From positions 1,488,001 through 1,552,000 of the forward strand of contig CAVNZM010000014.1 of the NCBI GenBank assembly GCA_963693365.1: DNA of 64,000 nucleotides, in the 5' to 3' direction. Position 1 is the first letter of the stretch; each line of letters begins with the position of its first letter. Of the stretch, positions 41,676 through 55,224 are shown piece by piece. Under the pieces are notes generated by a model. The model made no database searches and was not told the DNA's origin. It saw only the letters and a list, made by a program, of their open reading frames with translations. The stretch is from Amoebidium appalachense. Lineage: Eukaryota > Protista > Ichthyosporea. Made by a program: the position numbers and the translations under genes.

Positions 41676-42156
41676 GCGCCTGCCCTCCCCACGCACCCGC
41701 CTCCCCAAACACACAAACACACACACACACACAGACAGACACAGACACACAAGCGGGAAAAAAAAAAAGAAACGGAAAAAAGAAAAAAGGAAGCCGTTTT
41801 TCCTTTTTCTTCCATAGCTGCACCAATGATACGATGCTAAAACTTATGCATTCCTCGTGTTTGCAGATCATTTTTAATTTGTGACCATCCATGTTTGCTG
41901 TGGCTGTCTGTGTTCCGTACTGTATACCATATACCAACCAATTAAACAACCTTCCCCCCCCCCCCCCCCCTTCACACACACACCATCACCACCAAACACA
42001 GACACACACACAACCACCACCACACACACACACACACGTACAGACACGTACAGACACGTACACACACACACACACACACACGCAGACACATACACACGCA
42101 GACACACACACACACACACACAATCACACGTACGTACACACACACACACACACGTG

Positions 42157-42204
<48 letters not shown>

Positions 42205-43908
42205 ACAGCTCCCAAACCGCAGCTCTCCCCGCGCAGTCCACGTAGCCCGGGTCTTTCCCCCATCATCACTCCTCGCTCATCAACAAGCCCGAACCGTTCC
42301 CCCCGTTCCCCCACCCCGCGGATCAGCCTGGCACCCAATCAAACGCTCCCAATTCTACGTCCCAACATACCGACCCCCCTCGCAAATTTCCCATCACCCG
42401 TCAAGCCGACCCTTCGCCACACAAGCAGCGGTGGGTTGGAGAAAACGGAGCAGAAAAAGAACAAAGACAAATCCGATCCGGCGATCCCCCCTTGTTGGCG
42501 CGGGATGAAATGCAGCGATGAAAAATGCAACCTATTCCACCCTAATGGGAGACATATCGACGGGACCGCCGGAACGAAGCAACTTGCCAAGAGGCCGTCT
42601 TTGGCCCTGCCAGACGGAATGGGGCTAAGTCACAGTTTCGACGGATTCGATCGCATAAATCGCGGAACGCCTGAAATTTCAATGACGGATCACAGCGGCG
42701 CGCACGATCGTCGCGATCAGGACGAATTGGTGTTCGATTTCGACACGGCAGACGCGGTTGCAGGCGCGTCCAGGGGGGTCGTCCCCGACCGAAAACACAG
42801 TTTGGTCCCTGAATCGAATGGATCGGGAGATTTCGCATATAGGGTTGGTGGTTGTGCCAATCAGATCCCACCCCAGCGTAGACACAGTGACATTAACATT
42901 CGGCTCATCCGGTCCTTTGACGACGAGCCAGCCGCACCCGAGGCCTCAAACATAAATTCCACGAGGCAAACCCAGGCGCATCCCCAATCGCGCGATCGCG
43001 GTCATCGATCCGATCGGCTTCAGGCGATTAGCAACTCGAGCGCGCAGAGTTTCAGCGCGGAGGATTTGGGCCAGTGTCTGACAGGGGTAGTTGGAAAAGT
43101 CGAGCGATTGACGGCACCCCAGGACACCATCACGATGTGTCGTAGCGAAGAAGATCTAGGGGATGCTTTAAGGGGGCCACGGAGACCAAGTCTCGCAACC
43201 ACCTACAACACACCCCATCACACCGCGCCGTCGACTTCGTCCAATCAGAACCCTCCGTCGCCGAAATCGCCAAAACCGACCAATCCGAAGGAGGCGGCGT
43301 TTGCAAGCTGCCGCAAGGCGCTGGTCGCGGGGGACAACACGCGGATTTTGAGACAGCAACTGAGCGAGGGTCACATTACGGACGTGAACGAGAAATTGAT
43401 GGTTTCGCGGGCCGGCGAAACGGGTCAGACCATTTTAATGGCCGCGGGTCGGTATGGGCGGCTAGGGTGCGTGGAGATGCTCCTGAGAGAGTTTAAGGCA
43501 GATATTGACGCGGTTGAGGCTCGGACGGGATTTACCGCCCTCCACTACGCTGCCTATTTTGGGCATGCAGCGGTGGTTAAGGGGTTGTTGGACGCTGGGG
43601 CCGATCACGAGATTCGGACGAAGAAGAGAGAGACGGCGGAGCAGCTTGCTTTAAGGCAGGGACACGATTCGCTGTCTCTGTTTATTCGTGACTACGTTGC
43701 CAGGCAGAGGGCGTTGGATGAGGAAGGGAGCGATGGTGATTGGGCGAATGTCAGGAGGTCGAGTCTCCATAACCGTCCACGAGGGGGGTCTTTAAGGGAG
43801 AAGTTGGCACGAAAACCGAGCAAGGAGTCCCCTTTGAGCTCTCCGAGGATGGCGGCGGTGCAGTCTAACGGGACACCTCTCCGTATGCCTCCTTCACTCA
43901 AACTGTAG
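34778..43908 (+). CDS. NYN (PIN-like) ribonuclease domain + CCCH zinc finger + ankyrin repeat protein; exons approx 34778-35005, (35389-35402), 35785-35877, 36812-37320, 38208-38529, 39620-39738, 41233-41395, 42209-43908
   Basis: NYN motifs VFVDNSNI, EQF-VDDALH, TLVLLSGDGN, GWAVEVHAW; zinc finger CWRGMKCSDEKCNLFH; ankyrin TILMAAGRYGRLGCVEMLL and TALHYAAYFGHAAVVKGLL. The last five exons splice in phase; the 5' exons are less certain. Confidence 0.88.
40536..40689. repeat. ~155-bp dispersed repeat flanked by poly(C), copy 2 (intronic)
   Basis: Matches 22874-23026; core reads TGAAT...ATTCA. Confidence 0.9.
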
Positions 43909-44457
43909 GCGTTTGCCTCCTTTTCCTTTTTTGGGCATTAGTGGTGATTAGGGAAGGTGTTCGATAGAGAAAAGTCAGTAGGTTGTTACTGGATTCTATT
44001 TTTCTTTTTCTTGTTTGTGTTTGTTTTAGCCTTTCCTCTCTTTGCTTTTTGGCTTGGCCTATTTTGTTTCGTGATATATGGCAATTGATATCAGCAATAC
44101 ACAGACCCTGTCTCGCATAAATGCTTTAATATACCTTCTATATTTCGTACTGTTTGATTCTAAAGTAAACGTTGCTACTATAGGACAGATGTGACTCTTC
44201 TATGATGCATCTTTCAAGCAGGTGTACATGTTGTGATTATTATGTGAGGTAGCGCTATAAATAGGAGGCTGCAGCGGGCGGCCCGTGACAATATTACTTT
44301 CAATTTTCTGCTATATTTACTGAGGTGTGTTAACAATATATCGGCTTTTTCAAACACTCTTGTGTGGTTGTGACAAAATGCATAGAGCCTTGAAGTGTTG
44401 TGTGGGGGTGGTCGTGGTGGGACGGATGTGTCGGCCGATCGCAGGGAGCTCTAGAAA

Positions 44458-44494
<37 letters not shown>

Positions 44495-44893
44495 GTTGCA
44501 ACTATATATGTAAAAATTATCGGCTATATAATTATGATGAAATTATGTAATCATTGAGTTTGATTGATTTGGCCAATTACCAGGATGTCGGCCATATGGG
44601 CATTTAAAACGCTTGCAGTGGAATTCTCCTAAATACCAGTTTTGCTCACTGTAAATGGTGAAGGCCCCGGTAAAACCCGCGGTCGCAGCACTAAGCGAGG
44701 AGGGGAGAGAATGAAGCCACATCTTTCAAGCTTGTAAACCTACTGACCCATGAAGAACTTTATCCTGCGCTCCACACCAAAGACTCCCACTCTCCTAAAC
44801 CTTGATAACCAGACAGAATTTAAACCCCAAACTGCTAACAGAAGACAAGAACTAGAGATGGTAATACTGATCACTACTAAAAAAAGCCCTTAC

Positions 44894-45143
44894 CTTTCTT
44901 CTTCGGAACTCAAACTCGCCCCGTTGAGCAATAGTGGCCGACTCCCCCAGCCCCCATGCAGCCAAAGTGGCGCCCGGAGACGCCAGTGTTCCATCTTCCT
45001 TTTCGAGCAAAAGGGTTCTTGGAGACACGCCAACAAAGGTCAAGAACTCCTAAGATAGTTCTCTGAAGAATCTCTACAGAGTCCGTCAGCTTGACATCCA
45101 GAGGCAGAATCCCGCCGTCATTCACCGACAAGTTAATCTTCAT
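44894..45143 (-). pseudogene. Ubiquitin-like domain exon with a frameshift
   Basis: MKINLSVNDGGILPLDVKLTDSVEILQRTI, then in a shifted frame VGVSPRTLLLEKEDGTLASPGATLAAWGLGESATI, matching the beta-grasp pattern. Ends at an AAG|GTAAGG donor. Confidence 0.45.
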
Positions 45144-45712
45144 GTTGAACGATGTCTTTCCAAGGCTTGCTCCTAACTGCGCTTGCCGAGGCTCCGCAAC
45201 TGAACGCAAAGGAGGCATGGTTCCTCGTCTTGTTAGCATCGTGCTGAAAATTTTCCATTTGCCCCCTTTTCTTTATAATTAACGTAAGTAAAAAATATGA
45301 GTGGTTTATCTCAGGAAGTTGCGAGCTTGTGGCTGCACCTTCAGGAAATGGTGTTCCTGCATTCCCGAGGTTTGGAATGCATTTCTCTGGGTTCCTGATG
45401 GAAATGATAACGAAATGAGTGATGATTGGTTTACAATCTTCATTGGAACCAATGGAACATGTTCAAAGGGCAACCACCGATCAGGGGACCTGGGCTGGGC
45501 GTACTCCTTGAAGCTTTGAACATGGCCATGGTCGCCCCCCCAGGTCGGAGGCAAATGGCGACCTACAAGTTGAATAATCGTGTAGAAGTGTCATTGTATT
45601 AGATTTATATTAGATTTAATATTGAATAAATTAATGTCATTTAACACGTGAGTTTGGGTGGCTGCATAGTTCGAACTTCTGACCATCATTCCCCCCCCCC
45701 CCCCCCCCCCCC

Positions 45713-45752
<40 letters not shown>

Positions 45753-45983
45753 TGGGCTATGGTGAAACCGGTTGGCCGTGTACCCAACTCCCTGCCCCCC
45801 CTAGACTACCCGCCCCATTCCCATAGGGCTACTCCCCCCCCCCCCCCTCCCCCCTCCCCCCCCCCCCCCCCCCCCCCCCCCCGGGTCCTCCCCACGGTTT
45901 CTCGGGTTTTTCTTTGCCCATTAATACCATGATGGAAATCTAGTGATTGAGCTCTACCTAGTGCCTTCCTCCCCCCTCCCCTC

Positions 45984-46018
<35 letters not shown>

Positions 46019-46160
46019 TCCCCCCCACCACCACTACCACCACCACCACCACACACAAACACACACACATATGCACCCCCCATGGCTACACGTACATGGC
46101 ATACACGAACCAGCGGTCCGTGCAGGCTCCAGCTTCCCCCCCCCCCCCCCCCCCCCCCCC

Positions 46161-46189
<29 letters not shown>

Positions 46190-46198
<9 letters not shown>

Positions 46199-46379
46199 CC
46201 ACCCCCACCCACTCCCTCCCCCTTTCCCCAAAAACTTGGAAAAAAAAAAAAAAAAAGAAAAACGAAAAAAAGGAAAAGACACGAACACGTAGCACTTCGG
46301 TCACAAGGCCATATACAGTGTAGTACCCGAAGTGCAAAAGTACTACCAAATAATACATACTACAATCTGCAACCCCCTC

Positions 46380-46421
<42 letters not shown>

Positions 46422-46610
46422 CCACCCCACCCACTCCCTCCCCCTTTCCCCAAAAACTTGGAAAAAAAAAAAAAAAAAAGAAAAACGAAAAAAAGGAAAA
46501 GACACGAACACGTAGCACTTCGGTCACAAGGCCATATACAGTGTAGTACCCGAAGTGCAAAAGTACTACCAAATAATACATACTACAATATGCAACCCCC
46601 TCAACCCCCC
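46190..46610. repeat. Tandem duplication with 223-bp period, bounded by poly(C)
   Basis: Unique core gacacgaacacgtagcacttcgg...catactacaat present twice (46278 and 46501). Confidence 0.9.
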
Positions 46611-46778
46611 CCCCCTCCCCCCCCACCCCCTTCCCCTCCTCCCCTCTCCCCCGCGCTGTCTTTCTTTCCTGCCACCTCAGCAATTCACCACTTCGTCACC
46701 CCGGTCACGGGTCCCCCCCCCCCCCCCCCCCCCCCGTCCCCCACCCCCCACCCACCCACCCACCCATATCCCCCCCCC

Positions 46779-46809
<31 letters not shown>

Positions 46810-47816
46810 ATCATGGCACACACAACCTCCCCCCTCTCTCCCCCCATCCGGATAATTAATTCCCCCCTCCGGGGCCCACACACACTCCCAAATACAGCAA
46901 ATACCCAACCCTGAGGCTAGCTCAAAGCCCGAACCACCGAAGTTTAGACTCCGGGACCTCAGGCAGTGCTAGGCTGTGTACCCACTAACATATGCATACC
47001 GCACTTAATGAATTGAATCCTTGCAAAAATCAACGTTGATACGGCAATGACCATGCTTCACTGAGACATTTGATTGATAATAGTCTTGTGCGGACTTGGT
47101 ACCGTAAGCTCTCGTTTGCTATCTATACCCGGCCTAAATATACACTGGACTCCTGACCTTCATAGCCTTTTGAAAAAGATCCACAGTTTCACTCCTTTTG
47201 AATGTATCTTCAACAGACGGTGATACTGTTAAGTGTGGGTGGTATTGATGTTATTAAGCAAGGTGGTGCCAGTGCGTCCACAGCCATTGATATGGTGGAA
47301 TACCGTTTCACATTTATGCACGTGTGCATGTCTTTCAAAGTTTCTGGTGGTGGTGAATTCAGTGATGGGGTTGGGGCCAATGCAGGGATAGGTTTCGCAG
47401 AAAATGACCGAGAACAACCGCGGCATTGTTGTTCTTCCACTTGGCTCTGCCTATACCCCATACCTAAGGAGAAGCGTAAAACGAAACGATATTTTCTGTG
47501 TGTGGGCAGCCTGATGGTCCGAACAAATATGTCATTTAGCAACTGAACTCAGTTCATGTGCGCCTGACGCCTATGGACACACTGGACCTTTGGAAATGTT
47601 ATGTAGCAACTCAGCATGTGGGTGTGGGATGGGTGTGCAGGTGCGTGAATGCGTGCTGGTGTGCTTGCGGGTGTGCGAGCGTGCATGCGTGTGTGTGTGC
47701 GTGCGTGTGTGCGTGTTGTGACGTGTATACAGACGGTGTGCGTACGTGCGTGTGTGCGTGGTGCGCGTGTGCGTGCGTACGTGCGTGCGTGTGTCGTGCG
47801 TGCGTGAGTGCGTGCA

Positions 47817-47908
<92 letters not shown>

Positions 47909-47941
47909 TGTGTGCGTGTGTGCGTGCGTGGCTGCATGGCA

Positions 47942-47973
<32 letters not shown>

Positions 47974-48323
47974 CACACTTTTTGCTCGTGTATGCTCGTG
48001 TGTGGCACCACTAACAGAATAATATTTGTCTGCCAAACTATAGCACACAACAAATCTTGCCGAGCTTTTTTTAACCAATGAGAGTCCTTGTTTAGACATT
48101 ATAAGCTGCGGGCTCAGCAGTACCGTAAACCACTGTTAAATTTCGTGGCTCCAATCAAATCATTGTAGAATGGGAGCCTTCTCCCCCTCCCCCCCCTCTC
48201 CCTCCAAATCCCCCCTCCTCCCCCCCTCCCCTACCCCCTCCTTTCTCCTCCTCTCCCCTCCCCCTCACTCCTCCCTCCCCCATGACCCCCCGTCCGCCCC
48301 CTCTCCCTCCAACCCCCCTCCCC

Positions 48324-48357
<34 letters not shown>

Positions 48358-48667
48358 CCCCCCCCCCTCCCCCCCCCCCCCCCTCCCCTCGCCCCGGCCT
48401 TCCGGTCCCTCACTAGTCAGCTCATGAGCAGGTCCGGGATGCCCCTGCAACACCCCCATTCCTGACCTGGCCATGCCTTGAATGAGGTGTACAGGAAGTG
48501 GGACCAGCCTACTAGGTCCCCCCACTCCGGGCCCCAGGGCTCCTTCCCAAGATCTAGCAGGCTGCGGGAAGGGCGAGAGTTGCCATGGTGATATGTATGT
48601 AGTGGTACATTCATAGACGGTGTCATTCAATTAATACAGCGTCCCCCCCCCCCCCCCCCCCCCCCTC

Positions 48668-48698
<31 letters not shown>

Positions 48699-49643
48699 AT
48701 ATCAAGCTATGGAGTTATAAAGCGTTATCAAGTTGATAAAACAAAAAGGGCATCGGATTGCTACACGATTTTTTATTCAAGCCTCGCTCGAGCGCAGCCT
48801 CGCCGACTCGCAGTGCGTCGTACATGCAAGGTGCGCACGCCAAGTTTTCGAAAAAAACTCCTCGCACATTTTTGACTGTAATACTGTGTCTAAAACTACC
48901 TACACTAATCCAATATAATTTAATTAAAGCACACAAATAATACATACGAAGGCCATGTTCAAATGCCACGAATCGTGACAGCCGCTGGTTAGGATGACCC
49001 TCCTTTGAGGTCACGAAAAAAATGCGCCCCCATCTGACTTCCATGCCGGGGCAGTGGCACCCGGGCCACGTGTAGGACCGGCCTTTGCATGGCCCCAGGT
49101 TGGGGGCTAAATATAGCCATGTTTTGTTTACAATTATGATTGGTGGATCGCGCACCTGGCTTTGGCCCCTCAAACTATCTGTTATGGGGGGTATCCTAAA
49201 CTTCTTCGATGCGGAAAATTCAATGAAGTTCGGAACCCAGGCTTTTGCTTCGACTGTAGCCATGTGCAGATGACATGCTTCAAAATAAGGTTTTTAAGAG
49301 TCTTTTTATTGCATGTATTTGCTTTTATGAAGTTTTTCTAGGCATCTAATCGTGAATATTGGAGAAATAGAAGAATTAGAAAATGCACGACCATAATTAC
49401 GACACGCCCCCAATGTGATGTGGTTTTGAAGGGTAATTTGGAATGCTGTCAAAGTTTTACAACCAACCACAAACAAGAACATATAAATGGTGCACCAATC
49501 ACAAATGTTGAATTTACGACAGGCACCTGATTGGTGATGGCCAGATGCCGAAACTATAAAAAACAAACCGTAAACTCCATCCCACAGTCAGATTTTTTCC
49601 ACCTTCGTTTTCCAAGGAGAACTTCTCGTAGGTGGTGGGCAAA

Positions 49644-50798
49644 ATGTTACACACGGCGGCGGTTGTTTTGGCTACCCTAGCCAGCCTGGGTGATGGAAAA
49701 CCCGCAAGGCGCGGGGCCTGCCCTATCGATGTCGGCGGAACGTGTTTCACATCGCTCGCAGATGCTGTGAAGGGAGCACCAGATGGCTCCACCGTAACCA
49801 TCAAAGAATCCCTCACTGTAACAAAGGAAGTGTCGGTAGACAAAAACCTTGAGTTTGTTGGCGAGAATGGTGTTACCATCACTGCAAATCTGGCCGGGGG
49901 CGACAAAGCCGGGACAATCCTTCGCGGTGTAAGCTCTGGAATCATCGTTACCATCAAAAACATCAATTTCGTCAACAAGGGTGGGTGGGCTTCAGTTCTC
50001 CGCTCACCCGAGCTGGGAACGGGGGAGGCGCCAGAAACACCCAAGGTCGGCCCAGTTAACCTCATCATGGACGGATGCTCGATCAGTAAATTTAGAACTG
50101 CAAGCCGTGGCGGCGCCGCGATAGCCTTGGGGTGGGTGGACAAGGTGGAAATTACCAATACAAAATTCACGAACAATCTCGTTGACCCCGACGCCGACGA
50201 GTATATCCGCCCTCAGTGGGACGGCGCTGGAGCCATCTGGATCTACAACGCATTCGGTGATATCACGGTTACTGGGTGCACTTTTAACAAGAACAGAAAC
50301 GTTTACGGCCACGGTTTGGGCGCCGGCATGGGCATTACTTTCCTCGAAGGTACACTCACTGTGAAGAGCACCTTCACCAACAATGTTGCAAACAGTGGTG
50401 CTGGTATTCTCGTCACGAATATTCCCAAGGGTTCCGTCGTGAATATCGACGGTACGTTCAAGAATAACGAGGCCAGGAATAACGGGTGGAATAAGGGAGC
50501 GCGCGGAGGCGCTGTTTGGCTTCAGAATATTTGGGGTGTTGCGAATATTAAGGGTTTGTACGAGAACAACTTGTGCTCGGAGGGCCGTGGTGGTGCCTTT
50601 GCAAACAACCGCATTTATTCTGGTGGTGTCGTGAATTTCGGTGGCAGCTATGCTAACAATAAGGCGGTGAGCGGCGCGTCTGTGTGGGACACTCTGTATG
50701 AATACTCTGGCAAGTTCAACAATAACGCAAAGATTGCGAATAGCAACCCCATGCCCCAAATTAGGCTGCAGAACTCCAACTACAACCCTGAGGAATAG
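49644..50798 (+). CDS. Secreted right-handed beta-helix protein (pectin-lyase fold / polymorphic-membrane-protein-like), intronless
   Basis: Signal-peptide-like MLHTAAVVLATLASLGDG, then FTSLADAV and repeated FxxN plus GGA(I/V/F) motifs. Confidence 0.85.
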   Translation: MLHTAAVVLATLASLGDGKPARRGACPIDVGGTCFTSLADAVKGAPDGSTVTIKESLTVTKEVSVDKNLEFVGENGVTITANLAGGDKAGTILRGVSSGIIVTIKNINFVNKGGWASVLRSPELGTGEAPETPKVGPVNLIMDGCSISKFRTASRGGAAIALGWVDKVEITNTKFTNNLVDPDADEYIRPQWDGAGAIWIYNAFGDITVTGCTFNKNRNVYGHGLGAGMGITFLEGTLTVKSTFTNNVANSGAGILVTNIPKGSVVNIDGTFKNNEARNNGWNKGARGGAVWLQNIWGVANIKGLYENNLCSEGRGGAFANNRIYSGGVVNFGGSYANNKAVSGASVWDTLYEYSGKFNNNAKIANSNPMPQIRLQNSNYNPEE

Positions 50799-52059
50799 GT
50801 TAATCGATCAAGTTTTGGGGTTGATGTGTCTCCCATCATGGCTAGCTTAATTGTGGTAAAGACTAATTTGTATGCCATGGTTTGTCTGTATTTTTCCGTA
50901 TAGGTCGTTCATCCTGCTGCGTGGGCTTAGGCCAAAGGTGTAAATAGACAGTAATGAAAATTTCATGTAATGATATAGTGCGGTGTTGAACACAACCGTT
51001 ACATAATACTGCAGCACGAGAAAACAATTGATGGCGCTGGAACGCAACCACTATGCAACAATAGGTACGTAAAACTGCAGCATGAAGATGAAGTTGAAAA
51101 TATAGAATCGGAGAACTTGATTTCTGTTGAGAAACCTTAAAAACTATTTGGGAAACACTGTATCGCCTACCCACCCCAATTCTTACCTGCCAATAGCAAC
51201 CACCCAAATACACCGCAAATATACACTCCGAGAAACACTCGCACACACACAAACACACACATGCATGCGCTCGTGCATGTTGTTACACACCCACCAAAGG
51301 ACAGTTGCATCCATACAGGCGCAAACAAACACAAACAGCGCACACAAACACAAAAACGAACATCCTCACCAATACTTTGCGACATTGTGCATGATCAAGA
51401 AGCCGACGCACGCCCGCGCGAACACACGTTTTCTTTGTCACCTTTTTCTCTCTACGTTCCGTTCCACGATTGCCACACCCCGCGCCCCTCTCCCCCGCAC
51501 GTCCAGATATCTTTTCGCAAGGCAGCAATCTTTACAATATGTCCAAGATGCGCCTATCTCTCTTCCCTCCACCTCTCCCTCTATCTCTAGCAAGGATGTG
51601 TACATGCATGCATTTTGAACAACACACAAGCACGTGCATGCACACAAGAATGGGCACCTGTTACAGAAAACATGCACGTGTGTGTTTCAGCCAAGCAGAC
51701 ATAGACAGACTTACACATTGAGATTTTTAGCTATACACACTCATTTTGTAACACACATTTTAAACTTGAACACACCGTCATGGCACACACTTGATCAACA
51801 CACAGATGCATGCACACAGGTGCATGCCTGCAATTGCACACATTTCTGCAATTGTCCAGGCATGAAGACGTCTGCAAACACACACTATATTGCCGGGCGG
51901 TGCCATGCGGCATACAAAAACGCACAAGCACACACAATCTTTTGGCCCGAGATGCATACACACGGCCCCGCACATTCACCCCCCTCCCCCCCCTCCCACC
52001 TCCCCCCCCCCACCTCCCCCCCCCCCCCACCCCCCTGACACCCCCTCCCCCCTCACCCA

Positions 52060-52093
<34 letters not shown>

Positions 52094-52406
52094 GGGAATG
52101 TACACGCTTTCTTACAAAGGGAGTGCATTGCCGTTGCCCAAATCAATATGGGGCATATGATCGGAACGATGATAAGGAGTTGGTGCGAAGGGGAGGGAGG
52201 GGTGGAGGGGGCTGCCACCCATGGCCAACACACCAGGTGTTTCAATCCCAGCGGAGGGGGAAGAGGGGGGATGGGCGGAGGGGGGAGAGGGGGGTTAGGA
52301 TCTGGGGTCGGCCCATGATCCGCACCATTACTGCTACCCCCCATCTTCCCAACCTCTTAACTCACCTTCCCCTTGCTCCTTGCTCACCCTTCCCTCCTTC
52401 TTCCAA

Positions 52407-52467
<61 letters not shown>

Positions 52468-52774
52468 AGGAAAAAATTCAAGATCTTAGATTGGTTTGCA
52501 CGCCACACTGTCTTGAGATGACCTTTATCTTTGCGCAGGAATTCAACCAAAACCCACTCAAGTGTGTCTGGAGTTTCACAAGGTGGTGCATGGGGTGCGA
52601 CCAAAGTTGATCGATGCACATAAGTACTACTATTATACAGGGAGGGCAGGCACATAATATATATTACTGTGCACACTCATGTATGCCCCAGCTCCGGGGA
52701 TCCCCTTAACCCCCGCCATCCCCCACCCCTCCGCCCCCCCCACACACATACACACACAAACACACACGCGCGCA

Positions 52775-53320
<546 letters not shown>

Positions 53321-53327
53321 GTACACA

Positions 53328-53361
<34 letters not shown>

Positions 53362-55224
53362 AAGAGAGAGGGAGAAAGAGCACACCTGTACTTGGCAAGC
53401 ACATGTACACACAGTTACACAGGGTGCCACACTCAAAGCACTATATGTGGTATATTATACCGGATATCTAGTATGGATGTACACAGGTTGAGATATACGC
53501 GCGTGTGTACATGTATATATACCACTGTGTTTGATCTTAGGTAGGCCAGTATGCATGTCCCCCCCAGTCTTGTGCACATGAGCATGGAATTAGAGCTCAC
53601 TCAGTGTGCTCGTCTTACTAGTTGTAAGTAGGACTAGCACGTAACTTAGCAAAGCGTGGTCTAGTCAACCCCGTTCATTCACAAATATATTGTTTTGTCA
53701 CGGACACACGATCATTTTATACAACACTATATCGGAAAAAATGAGACCCCCCGACGTCGACCCCGGCACATATATATCCCCGGCAGCACGCGCAGTACTA
53801 CAGGGTAGCACAAGCACACTTTCGTCTAGAGTTTACAAGGCCCCGCGCAGAATGCATTCACGAGCAAATGCCGGCTTGGTGAGCGTTTGGTGAGGTAATG
53901 TGCTCACAAGTGAGGTAATGTGCTCCGCACAGATTGGTGCACGCTTTGCAGCGACCCCGACATTTCAAACCCTGCGGATGGTGCGTGGCCGGGTGGCCAA
54001 GAAAAATTTGAAAGTAGGCGTTGATTGGTAGTTGCCTGGTGATGGCGCGAAGATAATAAGGCTACATAGGCCAGGAGCCTAGGCTCATGAAACTCATGAA
54101 ACTTGGGTGGTCAAGGCGAGGGGAGGGCCTCTGTTGTGTCGCTGATGTTGGAGGGACAGAAATAGTGAAAGTCTCTGATTCCACTAAAGCAAACCACCTA
54201 GCCGGGCTTGCTAGCAAGAAATAACTAAGTATAGGCTTATGTTATACCATGAAATCATAGCCATAGAGCACTTGCCTTTTAGGCAACTATTAGGGGAGTA
54301 ATCTGGAAGATGGCCGCATTTGACGATGGGCGGTTTTCGGATCTTTACGATCGATACGTGGGACTGATTGGAAATGCAGCAAATCTTAGGGGTGGGTGAT
54401 GTGTGTGTCTGTGCGCGTGCTAGCGTGCGTGCGTGCGTGCGTGGGTGTGCATGTGCTGGCGTGGGCATGTGTAAGTGAGTATGTGTGACCCAACGGTTTG
54501 TGCGAGAAAGAGGGAGTTTGTGTGTGCTCACTTGTCTTTCCACCTCCCAGTTAGGCATGGGACTCGTAAAAGAATCTTGATCCCCATTTCCAGCCCCTTG
54601 TGTAGGTGTGACCATGGAAGGGGTGGGTTGGGGGGTGTAGTTGGTGGACTCGGAATCAAAAGGAGTTTCCACGGTGGAGGGGTTGCTGGTGGGCGGGTGC
54701 CGGGAGGGGTGGCAGATGGTGTGGTGCACGTGGTCCGATTGATGAGATGGGATGTAGATTCACTGTAGTGGGGAAAAAGAAGTCATGCGGGTTAGTTGTC
54801 ATATATGTACTACAAGATGATATGGGGAATGTGGTGAGGAGGCTGGGCGGGGAGGCTGACGTGATAGATGTGTGTGTGTGTGTGTTTGTACAGCCAGGCT
54901 GTCACAACTTGTGGGCTTATATCATGTGACGGTGTGTGCCAAGTTGTGTGTGTGTTTGTAGTTATCTGTGTGTATGTGAAACTACTTTGTTGTGCCGGGG
55001 AGGAGAGAGGAGGATATGTAGTGGTGGCATATTCAATTGCAGCCGAGGGGGTTTCATGTCACTGAATTTTTGCAAATGGCCTTGCAATATACATTCCAAA
55101 TGATTTGAATCTCGTGTGCTTGCAACCGGGGAGCACAAGTTAATGCTGTAACATGCCTGAGGATGGCTTCCGAGGGAGAGAAAGAGGGAGAGAGACAGGG
55201 AGAGAGGGGGAGGGGGGGGGGGGG

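Noticed and set aside
47202-49263. ORFs 47202-47546, 47210-47542 and 48715-49263
   Set aside because: No recognisable motifs or consistent exon chain.
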